Of a stretch of 64,000 nt of DNA, positions 28,384-36,947 are shown piece by piece. A model generated the notes under the pieces. It was not told where the DNA came from. It made no database searches and saw only the letters and a list, made by a program, of their open reading frames with translations. The stretch covers positions 1,506 through 65,505 of the forward strand of contig JAZUPU010000032.1 in assembly GCA_045605325.1 (NCBI GenBank), written 5' to 3'. Numbering within the stretch: position 1 is the stretch's first letter; every line of letters starts with the position of its first letter. Both the position numbers and the translations under genes were made by a program. Origin of the DNA: Elusimicrobiaceae bacterium (lineage in GTDB: Bacteria; Elusimicrobiota; Elusimicrobia; Elusimicrobiales; Elusimicrobiaceae).

Positions 28384-28542
28384 TTAATTTTCAGCGGAAA
28401 ATTGGTCCTTACCCACTCCGCAAACAGGGCAAACCCAATCTTCCTTAACATCTTTCCAAGGTGTTCCTGCCGGAATTCCGTGTTCCGGATCACCTACTGC
28501 TTCGTCATAAACATAACCGCAAACATTACATATATATTTCAT
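28384..28542 (-). CDS. rub: Rubredoxin (52 aa, absent from the ORF track)
   Basis: Translation [52 protein letters not shown] has both CxxCG knuckles and the conserved W/F residues. The SD GGAGA lies 7 nt upstream. Confidence 0.9.
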   Translation of the reverse strand: MKYICNVCGYVYDEAVGDPEHGIPAGTPWKDVKEDWVCPVCGVGKDQFSAEN

Positions 28543-28561
28543 TTTATTTCTCCTCTATTTT

Positions 28562-29074
28562 TTATTTTTGATAAGTTACTGCACCTTTCGGCGTTTTGCC
28601 TTTTAACTCGTGATGATAAAAATTATAAGTCATTGGCGGAACGGATGTGTCTAAAATTTCAGCGTCGGTTAAAGAACAAATAAACATTGTATGTGTTTCT
28701 AGATCAACACTGTTAGTAACTTTTAAAATCAAATATGCTGCCGTATTTTCTGTAACTATCGGCAAACCCTCTTTGGTTAATTTATGGGCGATTTTGGCAA
28801 ATTTATCAAAATTCCTGCCTGTTCTAAAACCGAAATTTCCTATAAACACCATATTTGCTTTTTCCGTCACAGGTTGCACGCAAATTAAAGATGATTGTTT
28901 AATATACTCATAAGTTAAACTTTCTTTATTTATAGTAACCGCTATACGCACAGGATCTGCAGTAACCTGTTCAACAGAGTTTGCAATCATACCGTTAATT
29001 TTACCGTTTTTGCCGACGGAAGAAACTATATAAAGCCCATAATTTAAAGTAAAAAGAGTTTGCAAATTAACCAT
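28562..29074 (-). CDS. Flavin reductase-like FMN-binding domain protein
   Basis: 170 aa. Motif LYIVSS...NGMIANSVEQVTADPVRIAV is typical of the Flavin_Reduct split-barrel fold. Lies between dfx and rubredoxin. Confidence 0.65.
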   Translation of the reverse strand: MVNLQTLFTLNYGLYIVSSVGKNGKINGMIANSVEQVTADPVRIAVTINKESLTYEYIKQSSLICVQPVTEKANMVFIGNFGFRTGRNFDKFAKIAHKLTKEGLPIVTENTAAYLILKVTNSVDLETHTMFICSLTDAEILDTSVPPMTYNFYHHELKGKTPKGAVTYQK

Positions 29075-29457
29075 TATTTTTTATTACTCCAAAGGCCGTG
29101 CAAATTGCAATATTCCCTAACTTCAATAATATTTCCGTCGGATTTCGGGAACCACGCTTCCGGTTTAACACCGGGCCTTAAATTTGCACGAGCGACTTTA
29201 TTGTTATCATAAATAACTTCAATAAATTCTATAAAGTGAACATCTAACATTGGATGTTCTACTGATCCTACTTTCACTAAATAACCGCCGTCCTTTTCTT
29301 CTACGACCGGTATATGTTTTTCCGTCACAGCTTCTTTTGTATTTGCAATTTGTTTAACCATTTCTTTACCGCAACAAGACGGCGTACAACTGCCAGCGTG
29401 GGCAACTTCCAAAACATTGCCGCAAACTTCACATTTATATATTTCGTTTATTTCCAT
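29074..29457 (-). CDS. dfx: Desulfoferrodoxin (2Fe superoxide reductase)
   Basis: Start at MEINEIYKCEVCGNVLEV...CCGKEM (desulforedoxin-like CxxC..CC) followed by an SOR domain. SD GGGGGAAGG. The longer ORF-track N-terminus runs into the rbr terminator hairpin. Confidence 0.85.
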   Translation of the reverse strand: MEINEIYKCEVCGNVLEVAHAGSCTPSCCGKEMVKQIANTKEAVTEKHIPVVEEKDGGYLVKVGSVEHPMLDVHFIEFIEVIYDNNKVARANLRPGVKPEAWFPKSDGNIIEVREYCNLHGLWSNKK

Positions 29458-29549
29458 ACCTTCCCCCTTTTTTATTATAATTTCCCCTGTTATTTTAGCG
29501 GAAAATTTACAATTAAAAGATTCTTTTATTTCCATAACTTTTTTACAAA

Positions 29550-29576
29550 AACGCACCTTAACGGGTAAGGTGCGTT
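29550..29576 (-). terminator. Rho-independent terminator after rubrerythrin
   Basis: On the minus strand, aacgcacctta-cccg-ttaaggtgcgtt followed by TTTTgT. Confidence 0.7.
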
Positions 29577-29604
29577 AAATTATTTTTTATACTTGGCAAA
29601 ATGA

Positions 29605-30180
29605 TTACCAATTTTCGCACAAAAGTTCAAAATAACTTTGTTCGTGTGCGCAAGCGGGGCATTTTTGCGGGGCTTCTTTACCTTCAAAAATGAAACCGCA
29701 ATTTATACATCTCCATTGAACAGGTGCATCTTTTTTGAAAACTTTACCGTCAACAATATTTTTGTGTAAAGCTTTATAGCGTTTGGAGTGTTCTTTTTCC
29801 GCAATGGCAATATTTTCCATAACGGCGGCAATTTCTTCAAAACCTTCTTCGCGTGCGGTTTTTGCAAAAGAAGGATACATATGTTGCCATTCTTCATCTT
29901 CACCTGCAGCAGAAGCAACCAAATTATCTACTGTATCGGAAATTACACCGGCAGGGAAAGATGCAGTTATTTCAACTTCGCCGCCTTCTAAAAATTTAAA
30001 CAAGCGTTTTGCATGTTCTTTTTCTTGATTTGCGGTTTCTTCAAAAATTTTGCTGACTTGGACAAAACCGTCTTTTTTTGCTTTGCTTGCAAAGAAAGAA
30101 TAGCGGTTTCTTGCCTGTGATTCACCTGCAAAAGCAGTTAAAATATTTTTTTCTGTTTGAGTTCCTTTTAAAGATTTCAT
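29605..30180 (-). CDS. rbr: Rubrerythrin
   Basis: 191 aa. Diiron ExxH motifs (EKEHAKRL, EKEHSKRY) and a C-terminal rubredoxin-like CINCG...CPAC. Confidence 0.9.
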   Translation of the reverse strand: MKSLKGTQTEKNILTAFAGESQARNRYSFFASKAKKDGFVQVSKIFEETANQEKEHAKRLFKFLEGGEVEITASFPAGVISDTVDNLVASAAGEDEEWQHMYPSFAKTAREEGFEEIAAVMENIAIAEKEHSKRYKALHKNIVDGKVFKKDAPVQWRCINCGFIFEGKEAPQKCPACAHEQSYFELLCENW

Positions 30181-31067
30181 TTTAATTTCTCCTGATTTTT
30201 TAAAGTCAAATAACCCATTAAGCGGTAAATTAATTTTGCGGCATTAAATTCGCTTATAGGATTGTCTTTCATCGGTGCTGTTTCAACAACATCTGCTGCA
30301 ACGATTTTTTTGTTTTTAACAACTTCCCTAAACAAATTCATAGCATCATACCACATAAAACCGCCCGGTTGAGGGGTGCCTGTTCCTGGGATTACAGACG
30401 GATCAAAACCGTCAACATCAATTGTCATATAAACGGTGTCAGTTAAATTTGCTAAAACATCTTTGATTAATTTTTTTTGGTCCAAATTTTCGTGCATCAA
30501 AAATGTTTTTACATTACCGGAATTAACATTATCTTTTTCTTCTAAACCGATAGAACGAATTCCGACTTGTACGACGCGCACTTTGCGGGAAGCAGGATAT
30601 AAAGCACAAGCGTGGGAGCGTTCATCACCGTAATATTCTTTCCTTAAATCGGCGTGGGCATCAAAGTGTAAGACAGAAAGTTCTTTGCCGTATTTTTCAA
30701 TATAGGGGTTAATTAAAGCTTGGGAAATTGAGTGTTCCCCCCCTAAATAAAAAGGAAATTGTTTATAAGTATTAATATATTCTTTGACGAAATTTTCAAT
30801 GCGGTTAAAAACTTCTTCTTCTGTACCTTCGCAATTTATTGCATCAAAAGTTGCAATACCTTGGCGGAAAGTTTCGGTTTTTGTTTCTTCGTCAAAAAAT
30901 TCCACTTGGCTTGACGCCTCTAAGATAGCGGCAGGGCCTTGTTTTGTTCCGCCGAAATAGGACACTGTCCTTTCATACGGAACGGGAATAACGGCGAATT
31001 TCGCCGTATTAATATCGCAAAATTCGCCGTCTAGTGCTAAAAAGTTGTTACTGCTTGGTTTTAACAT
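30177..31067 (-). CDS. speB: Agmatinase (arginase/ureohydrolase family)
   Basis: Motifs HFDAHADLR, GGEHSIS and TIDVDGFDP. Adjacent to pdaD. Confidence 0.85.
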   Translation of the reverse strand: MLKPSSNNFLALDGEFCDINTAKFAVIPVPYERTVSYFGGTKQGPAAILEASSQVEFFDEETKTETFRQGIATFDAINCEGTEEEVFNRIENFVKEYINTYKQFPFYLGGEHSISQALINPYIEKYGKELSVLHFDAHADLRKEYYGDERSHACALYPASRKVRVVQVGIRSIGLEEKDNVNSGNVKTFLMHENLDQKKLIKDVLANLTDTVYMTIDVDGFDPSVIPGTGTPQPGGFMWYDAMNLFREVVKNKKIVAADVVETAPMKDNPISEFNAAKLIYRLMGYLTLKNQEKLK

Positions 31068-31078
31068 AAATTAAGAAA

Positions 31079-31630
31079 TTACCTCACAAAAACAGCGGCT
31101 GCAACAACTGTTGTCCAAAGACCGTCAACACAAATTGCAGATTGTGTAATGTTTGTTGTTTTAACGATTTTGCCGCTCATTTTCCAAATTTCTTCTTTTT
31201 GGTTCCAAGTTGTATCGTTATCAAATTCCATACCTAAAGTGGTGGATAACATCATTGCCGCCAAATCTTCGGCGTAATCGCCGGCTTTTTGGTCGGCTTC
31301 ACCAAAGCTATGGTGTTCGGAAATATATCCGTGTGTATTTCTGTCTTTAGGAATTGCAAGACCGACAGAAGCAGAAATTAAACGTCTGTTTTCATTGCTT
31401 GTGTTGCGGCTAATAACGCAATGTAAAATTTGTCCGGCTGATAAGTGTTCTAAACCTTTGGAGATGGACACTACTTTACATCTCGGCGGGAAAATACTTG
31501 AAACAGGAACTAAGTTGAACTTAGCGATTTTTGCATCGCGTAATGCTTCCTCAAAGCTTGCTAATTTTTCTTTATGTCTACCTACACCTTTTGTTAAGAA
31601 TATCTCTTTCGGGATAAACGGTTCGTACAT
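31079..31630 (-). CDS. pdaD: Pyruvoyl-dependent arginine decarboxylase
   Basis: 183 aa. N-terminal LTKGVG...FEEALRDAKIAKFNLVPVSSIFPP contains the self-cleavage SS site context typical of PdaD. Confidence 0.85.
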   Translation of the reverse strand: MYEPFIPKEIFLTKGVGRHKEKLASFEEALRDAKIAKFNLVPVSSIFPPRCKVVSISKGLEHLSAGQILHCVISRNTSNENRRLISASVGLAIPKDRNTHGYISEHHSFGEADQKAGDYAEDLAAMMLSTTLGMEFDNDTTWNQKEEIWKMSGKIVKTTNITQSAICVDGLWTTVVAAAVFVR

Positions 31631-31698
31631 TTTCTTTTCCTCTTTTTAATTAAAATAGCCACAAGGGGCAATTATTTTATAAAATAATTATAACAAAT

Positions 31699-33750
31699 AT
31701 GTTACACAAATGGACAATTATTTTTTTAATACTTTTTTTATGCCCCTTTGCTTTGTGGGGGACGGAGGATCATATGTACGACGGTAACGGTTATCTACAT
31801 TTTAATTATAAAGCGGCGGAACTTGCCCCTAAAGAAAAGGCCGCGCGTGTTGCTTTGGAAGATGCTTTAAATAAAATTGCAAATATTCCCGCCGCTGAAA
31901 GAACTTTTGAAAACACTTTGCTTGCATACGAAGAAGCCCTTGATAGTTACGGTGATGCTTTGGGTCAAGCAGGTTTTTTAGCTTATGTTTCTACCGACGA
32001 GAAATTAAGAAACGCAGCATTAGAACAAGCACAAATTATAAGTGCATATATGGTGGAAGTCGCAACGCGCCGCGATATTTATAAAGCATTTAAAGAACTT
32101 GAAAGTTTAAAACCTAATCTTCCTAAAATTGAAGCAAAAATGCTTAAAGATACAATGATAGGTTTTAAAAAATCAGGTCTTGCTTTAGACGATAAAAAAT
32201 TGGAACAGTTTAAAGAAATCGCAAAACAAAAATCAGTAAACTCTATAAACTTTTCAAAAAATATTCGCGATTATAAAGATTATTTAGATGTTACCGAAGA
32301 AGAACTTGAAGGGCTGCCGGATGACTTTAAAAATAAACTTGAAAAAGTTGACGGTAAATATCGTGTAACTTTAGATTACCCCGACTACGGACCATTTATG
32401 TTAAACGCAGTTAAAGATGAACCGCGCAAAATTTTGGAATATAAATATTCACGCCGCGGCGGTAAAGAAAATGTAAAAATTTTTGAAGATACTTTAATGT
32501 TGCGTTATAAAAGTGCGCGCCTGCTCGGCTACAAAAATCACGCCGAAAACCGCCTTGATATACGCATGGCAAAAAATGTAAAAACAGTAAATAATTTTTT
32601 GAAAGATTTGGAAAAGAAATTAAAACCGCTTGCTAAAAAAGAACAAAAAGAATTTTTGAAATTAAAAGAAGAACACACAGGCGTAAAATCAAAAGTTTTG
32701 CAACCTTGGGAAAGCGGTTATTGGATAAATCTACACAAAAAATTAAATTATAATATTGACCCGGAAATTATAAAAGAATATTTCCAAACTGATATTGTAA
32801 TAAAAAATATGTTTGAAATTTTCGGCAATTTGTTCGGTGTGGAGTTTAAAGAAGTTAAAATTCCCGTTTGGCACGAAAGCGTAAAAAGTTATGCAGTTAC
32901 CGACGAGGAAACAAAAAAAATTCTCGGTTATATTTATATGGATTTGTTTCCGCGCGACGGCAAATATAAACACGCCGCGTGTTTTGATTTAGTTGAAGGT
33001 AAACTTTTAAAAGACGGTACTTATCAAAAACCGTTTACCGCAATAGTTGCAAATTTAAATCCGCCGACGAAAAATACCCCCTCACTTTTAAAACACGGCG
33101 AAGTGGAGACATTGTTCCATGAGTTTGGGCATGTGTTGCATAATGTTTTAACGGAAGCAAAATATTCATCAATTTCCGGCACAGCGGTCAGCCAGGACTT
33201 TGTGGAAGTACCTTCTCAAATTTTAGAAAATTGGGCATGGGAACCGACAGTTTTAAAACGCATTTCAAAGCATTACAAAACAGGTAAAAGTTTAGACGAT
33301 GAAACCATTAACAAAATGCTTGCCGCAAAAAACCATGCCGCCGCAAATTTCTATATCAGGCAAAACTTTTTGGCGCAAATTGATATGAAATACCACACCT
33401 TAACAAAGCCCTCCGATACGACGGCAATGTGGGAAAAATATGCCGCAAAAATTAAACTTACACCGATGACAAAAGATACATATCCGCAAGCAAGTTTTGA
33501 CCACCTTATGGGCGGTTACGACGCCGGTTATTACGGTTATTTGTGGGCGGAGGTTATTGCACAAGATTTCTTTTCCGAATTTCAAAAACACGGTTTGTTT
33601 AATAAAGAGATCGGCAAAAAATTCCGCAAAGAAATTTTGGCTGTCGGCGGATCTTATGATGAAGAAGAACTTGTTAAAAATTTCTTGGGCCGCAAAATTT
33701 CAAATGAACCTTTCTTAAAACACATAGGTTTAGGCACTAATCAAAAATAG
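31699..33750 (+). CDS. M3-family zinc metallopeptidase (oligopeptidase A / Dcp-like), secreted
   Basis: 683 aa with a signal peptide. HEFGH zinc motif with a downstream E. M3-type length. Confidence 0.85.
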   Translation: MLHKWTIIFLILFLCPFALWGTEDHMYDGNGYLHFNYKAAELAPKEKAARVALEDALNKIANIPAAERTFENTLLAYEEALDSYGDALGQAGFLAYVSTDEKLRNAALEQAQIISAYMVEVATRRDIYKAFKELESLKPNLPKIEAKMLKDTMIGFKKSGLALDDKKLEQFKEIAKQKSVNSINFSKNIRDYKDYLDVTEEELEGLPDDFKNKLEKVDGKYRVTLDYPDYGPFMLNAVKDEPRKILEYKYSRRGGKENVKIFEDTLMLRYKSARLLGYKNHAENRLDIRMAKNVKTVNNFLKDLEKKLKPLAKKEQKEFLKLKEEHTGVKSKVLQPWESGYWINLHKKLNYNIDPEIIKEYFQTDIVIKNMFEIFGNLFGVEFKEVKIPVWHESVKSYAVTDEETKKILGYIYMDLFPRDGKYKHAACFDLVEGKLLKDGTYQKPFTAIVANLNPPTKNTPSLLKHGEVETLFHEFGHVLHNVLTEAKYSSISGTAVSQDFVEVPSQILENWAWEPTVLKRISKHYKTGKSLDDETINKMLAAKNHAAANFYIRQNFLAQIDMKYHTLTKPSDTTAMWEKYAAKIKLTPMTKDTYPQASFDHLMGGYDAGYYGYLWAEVIAQDFFSEFQKHGLFNKEIGKKFRKEILAVGGSYDEEELVKNFLGRKISNEPFLKHIGLGTNQK

Positions 33751-33828
33751 TTAGTCAAAAATTTGCGTGATTTTTTAAAAAGTTTCCCCCCTCTTTTTTG
33801 ATTTTTCAAATTTGAGGGGTTATTTTTT

Positions 33829-33857
33829 GCCTGTTTTTGCGTAAAAACGGGCTTTTT
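33829..33857 (+). terminator. Probable terminator downstream of the M3 peptidase
   Basis: gcctgttttt-gcgt-aaaaacgggc (one G-U pair) followed by TTTTT. Confidence 0.5.
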
Positions 33858-33870
33858 GCGCTAAAATCGG

Positions 33871-34167
33871 CTCAAATTTTGATTTTTGTTTAAATTCAAA
33901 GCAGTTTATCGTTTTTTAAAAACAAATTAAAATTTGGGCAGTTTTTATTTGATTTTGATTTTTTACGACGGAGAATTTAAAAAAGTCCTTATTGTCGCCA
34001 CCCGTATGCCTTGTCATACGGGCGGGAGATGCTGAGCAAGGGCAGTTCTTGCGAAGCAGAGGGGGGATCAATAAGGAAATAAAATAGGAAAACCTTATCC
34101 CCCATCCGTCAAGCAAATAAAAAGCCATTTGCTTGCCACCCTCCGCCCGTCCACGACGGGTGAGGGC
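33871..34167. repeat. Mosaic of short family-1-like palindrome and family-2 GC-rich hairpin modules
   Basis: aaattttgatttttgttt ... aaacaaattaaaattt; cacccgtatg..catacgggcg; ggggggat..ccttatccccc. The canonical family-2 unit then occupies 34097-34167. Confidence 0.55.
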
Positions 34168-34203
34168 TATACGGAAAATTTTTACAAATTTACCTTTAAA
34201 ATA

Positions 34204-34475
34204 TGATATACTTTAAAAAACGAAAGGAGTGTTTTTATTTTTTAATGTAAGCCGATAACGGCTTAATACAATTTAATCTGTTTTTGGCCCGTAACGACGG
34301 AGAGTTAATAGAAATATTAACGCATATAGAAACCAAAAACAGTCGTATGGGCACAAAGCAAGAGGATTAATTACCCTCTTACTTTGTGCTTAATGTTTGT
34401 TATCGCAAGATAATAAACTACGACTGTTATGTTTTTGGTCTTTCTATATGCCCGAAACACAATAGTCGTTTTTTT
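34204..34475 (+). promoter_or_regulatory. Extended -10 promoter plus a roughly 260-nt structured leader RNA with antiterminator/terminator switch (copy B)
   Basis: TGaTATACT at 34204-34212. Same helix order as copy A, with compensatory substitutions. Terminator stem cgactgttatgtttttgg / ccgaaacacaatagtcg followed by T7 (ends 34475). Confidence 0.55.
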
Positions 34476-34494
34476 ATTTAGAAAAGGAGAAATT

Positions 34495-35034
34495 ATGAAA
34501 GAAAAACAAAAAATTATAAATAAAAAATTCACTAAAGGTTTTACCCTATTAGAACTTTTAGTTGTAGTATTAATTATCGGAGTTCTTGCTGCTATTGCTT
34601 TGCCGCAATATAATATGGCAGTAGCAAAAAGTAAATATAATACTATAAAAACAATGACGGAAGATCTAGTTTCATCAGTAGAGAGATATTATTTAGCAAC
34701 AAACACTAAACCTACGAACTTGGAAGATTTGGACATAGAGATAGAAGGAGAATATAAAAATAATTCTAAATTAAGAAAAATTTTACCAAACGGAGCAGAA
34801 TGCGGTTTCAATTATGGTACAGATGATTTTCAAGAAATTGTATGCATCACTAAAGTAAACGGTAAAACCATGTATTACCTGAGTACTTTTTATTATAAAA
34901 TTTCTAAACAAGAAAGACTTTGCTACGCTTCTACTAATATTACAGATATTACCAATAAATTATGCCAAATCGAAACAGGAAAAAATTCACCAACATCTTC
35001 TTGTCAAAGTTATTATTGTCCGTACGAATATTAA
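34495..35034 (+). CDS. Prepilin-type N-terminal methylation-domain protein (pilin/pseudopilin-like), paralog 3
   Basis: Start at MKEKQKIINKKFTKGFTLLELLVVVLIIGVLAAIALPQY with SD AAGGAGA. The ORF-track start at 34429 lies inside the leader terminator. Confidence 0.85.
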   Translation: MKEKQKIINKKFTKGFTLLELLVVVLIIGVLAAIALPQYNMAVAKSKYNTIKTMTEDLVSSVERYYLATNTKPTNLEDLDIEIEGEYKNNSKLRKILPNGAECGFNYGTDDFQEIVCITKVNGKTMYYLSTFYYKISKQERLCYASTNITDITNKLCQIETGKNSPTSSCQSYYCPYEY

Positions 35035-35062
35035 AAAAACCCCGGCTTTTCCGGGGTTTTTT
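35034..35062. terminator. Bidirectional terminator between the pilin gene and parB
   Basis: A7-ccccgg-ctttt-ccgggg-T6. Confidence 0.75.
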
Positions 35063-35122
35063 GCGTTTTAAATTTCTTTTTTTGCCCGCACTGCTTTTTG
35101 TGCAGGACGGATGGGGGAAAAA

Positions 35123-36001
35123 TTAAACCAAAGTTTTTAACTTATCGCCCAATACATTTAATTCTTCATAAGAATTAAAGTGTAAGGTTAAAGTCCCTTT
35201 ACCTTTGCCGTTTTCCTTAACTTCAACTTTGGTACCGAGCGCCTCTTGCAAGGACTGTTCAAAAGCAACTGTATTGGGGTCTTTGCTTTGTTTTGGGGCA
35301 GAGGTTTTGCCTTCCAAAATAGTTCTTGCGGCATTTTCTGCCTGGCGGACAGACATTTTAGAACTGATTATTTTTTTGAACAAAACTGCCCTTTTCCCCT
35401 CGTCACCAACCATTAAAAGTGCGCGACCGTGACCCTCTGTAATAGTTCCGTCTTGCAAGGCATTTTGTATTTCTTGGGAAAGGTTTAACAACCTTAAAGA
35501 ATTTGATACCGCCGCTTTTGATTTGCCGCAATATTCCGCAAGTTCCACTTGGGAAACCAAGAATTTTTGCATCAAATTTTTGTAACCGAGGGCGGTTTCA
35601 ATGGGGTTTAAGTCCTCCCTTTGAATATTTTCAATTAAAGCAAGGGCGCAAAGTTGTTTGTCGTCAAGTTTGGTATGTACAATACAATCAATTTCTTTAA
35701 AGCCCGCCATTTCGCTTGCTCTGAAGCGGCGTTCCCCTACTACTAATTCATATTTATCAAGACCGGCATCATAAACAACCACTACCGGCTGGGTTAAACC
35801 GTGTTGCTTAATTGACTGTGCCAAGTCCTTTAAACTGTCTTCATTAAATGTCTTTCTGGGTTGATATCTGTTAGGAATGATTTTGTCAATAGAAATCTTT
35901 TGAATATTCCTTTTACCTTCCCCACCGTTATTAATTTCCTGCTCCATTTCAAAAGAGGAGCCAAGCAAAGCATCTAAACCTTTTCCTAAAGCGTTTCTCA
36001 T
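35123..36001 (-). CDS. parB: Chromosome partitioning protein ParB (Spo0J)
   Basis: Motifs IPNRYQPRKTF and LVVGERRFRAS, plus an HTH region. Confidence 0.9.
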   Translation of the reverse strand: MRNALGKGLDALLGSSFEMEQEINNGGEGKRNIQKISIDKIIPNRYQPRKTFNEDSLKDLAQSIKQHGLTQPVVVVYDAGLDKYELVVGERRFRASEMAGFKEIDCIVHTKLDDKQLCALALIENIQREDLNPIETALGYKNLMQKFLVSQVELAEYCGKSKAAVSNSLRLLNLSQEIQNALQDGTITEGHGRALLMVGDEGKRAVLFKKIISSKMSVRQAENAARTILEGKTSAPKQSKDPNTVAFEQSLQEALGTKVEVKENGKGKGTLTLHFNSYEELNVLGDKLKTLV

Positions 36002-36004
36002 AAA

Positions 36005-36838
36005 TTAACCTCCGAAATCAAAATCATTATTCTTATTGACAGAGGTTTTAAAAGATTCATAATCCTCTGCTTTTGCACCGCGGCGAACTAAAAATTCTAT
36101 TGCTAAATCAAGATATGCCCTGGCACCGCGGCAAGTGGGCTCATATTCAAATATGCTTTGTCCAAAGCTCGGTGCTTCCGCTAAACGAATATTACGCGGT
36201 ATAGGGTTTTGGTATACTTTGGAACCGAAGAATTTACTAACATCTTCCTTAACTTGTTTGGAAAGATTCATACGGGTATCAAACATTGTCAAAATACCGC
36301 CGTCCACCTTTAAATTGGGGCTTAAAAACTGTTTGACTTTGCCCGTTGTATTGATAAAATTAGCCAAACCTTCCATAGCATAATATTCGCATTGTATAGG
36401 AGTTATTACGCTGTCTGCCGCAACTAAAGCGTTAATCGTAAGCAAACTAAGAGAGGGGGGGCAATCAATAATAATAAAGTTATACATCCTTTTAATAGCA
36501 TCAAGGGCTTGTTTTAAGAATTTTTCCCTTTGCGGAGTATTGACAAGCTCTACTTCCGCACCGGCAAGATTTTTATTTGCCGGCAAAATATCTAATAATT
36601 CATTAGATGTTTGATGTACAACTTCTTTAAATGTAGCGGTTTTGGTTAGAAAATTATAAACGGATTTTTCATCTTCCTTTAAATTAACTCCTAGACCGGA
36701 ACTTGCATTGCTCTGAGGGTCAAAATCCACTAAAAGGACTTCTTGCCCGAGGTAAGCTAAGGCATAAGCCAAGTTTACAGAGGTAGTAGTTTTTCCCACA
36801 CCGCCTTTTTGGTTTGCTACACAGACAATTTCACTCAT
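36005..36838 (-). CDS. parA: Chromosome partitioning ATPase ParA (Soj)
   Basis: Deviant Walker A NQKGGVGKTTTSVNLA. 277 aa. Confidence 0.9.
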   Translation of the reverse strand: MSEIVCVANQKGGVGKTTTSVNLAYALAYLGQEVLLVDFDPQSNASSGLGVNLKEDEKSVYNFLTKTATFKEVVHQTSNELLDILPANKNLAGAEVELVNTPQREKFLKQALDAIKRMYNFIIIDCPPSLSLLTINALVAADSVITPIQCEYYAMEGLANFINTTGKVKQFLSPNLKVDGGILTMFDTRMNLSKQVKEDVSKFFGSKVYQNPIPRNIRLAEAPSFGQSIFEYEPTCRGARAYLDLAIEFLVRRGAKAEDYESFKTSVNKNNDFDFGG

Positions 36839-36894
36839 AATATCTCCTTATACAAATATTGTATAATAAATTTTTGAAAGTGTCAATTATATTA

Positions 36895-36910
36895 GTTTTC
36901 ACATGAAAAC
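36895..36910. promoter_or_regulatory. parS-like site 1
   Basis: GTTTTCACATGAAAAC. The core TTTCACATGAAA matches 11 of 12 positions of the parS core TTTCACGTGAAA. Directly upstream of parA. Confidence 0.55.
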
Positions 36911-36931
36911 TTTTTAATTTGCTGAAATTTT

Positions 36932-36947
36932 GATTTCACGTGAAAAC
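36932..36947. promoter_or_regulatory. parS-like site 2
   Basis: GATTTCACGTGAAAAC, with the core TTTCACGTGAAA identical to the canonical parS core. Confidence 0.65.

Noticed and set aside
28402-28683. 93-aa plus-strand ORF in the ORF track
   Set aside because: It lies antisense to the clear rubredoxin gene and to the 3' end of the flavin reductase gene. It has no SD and a nonsense-like composition.
29458-29556. N-terminal extensions in the ORF track (dfx 29458-29556, tpiA 25812-25889, deoC 25067-25096, pilin-3 34429-34494, rplL 53012-53074, lipoprotein 26709-26801, glk 14502-14534, pilin-2 47882-47893)
   Set aside because: In each case an internal ATG has a proper SD and matches the family N-terminus. 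The extensions overlap terminators, leaders or neighbouring genes.
34097-35119. Pilin-3 cassette as an invertible (fimS-like) switch because of flanking 13-bp inverted repeats
   Set aside because: The promoter, leader, gene and terminator all lie inside the repeats, so inversion would not change expression. No site-specific invertase gene is adjacent. It is kept only as a low-interest note under the family-2 repeat finding.
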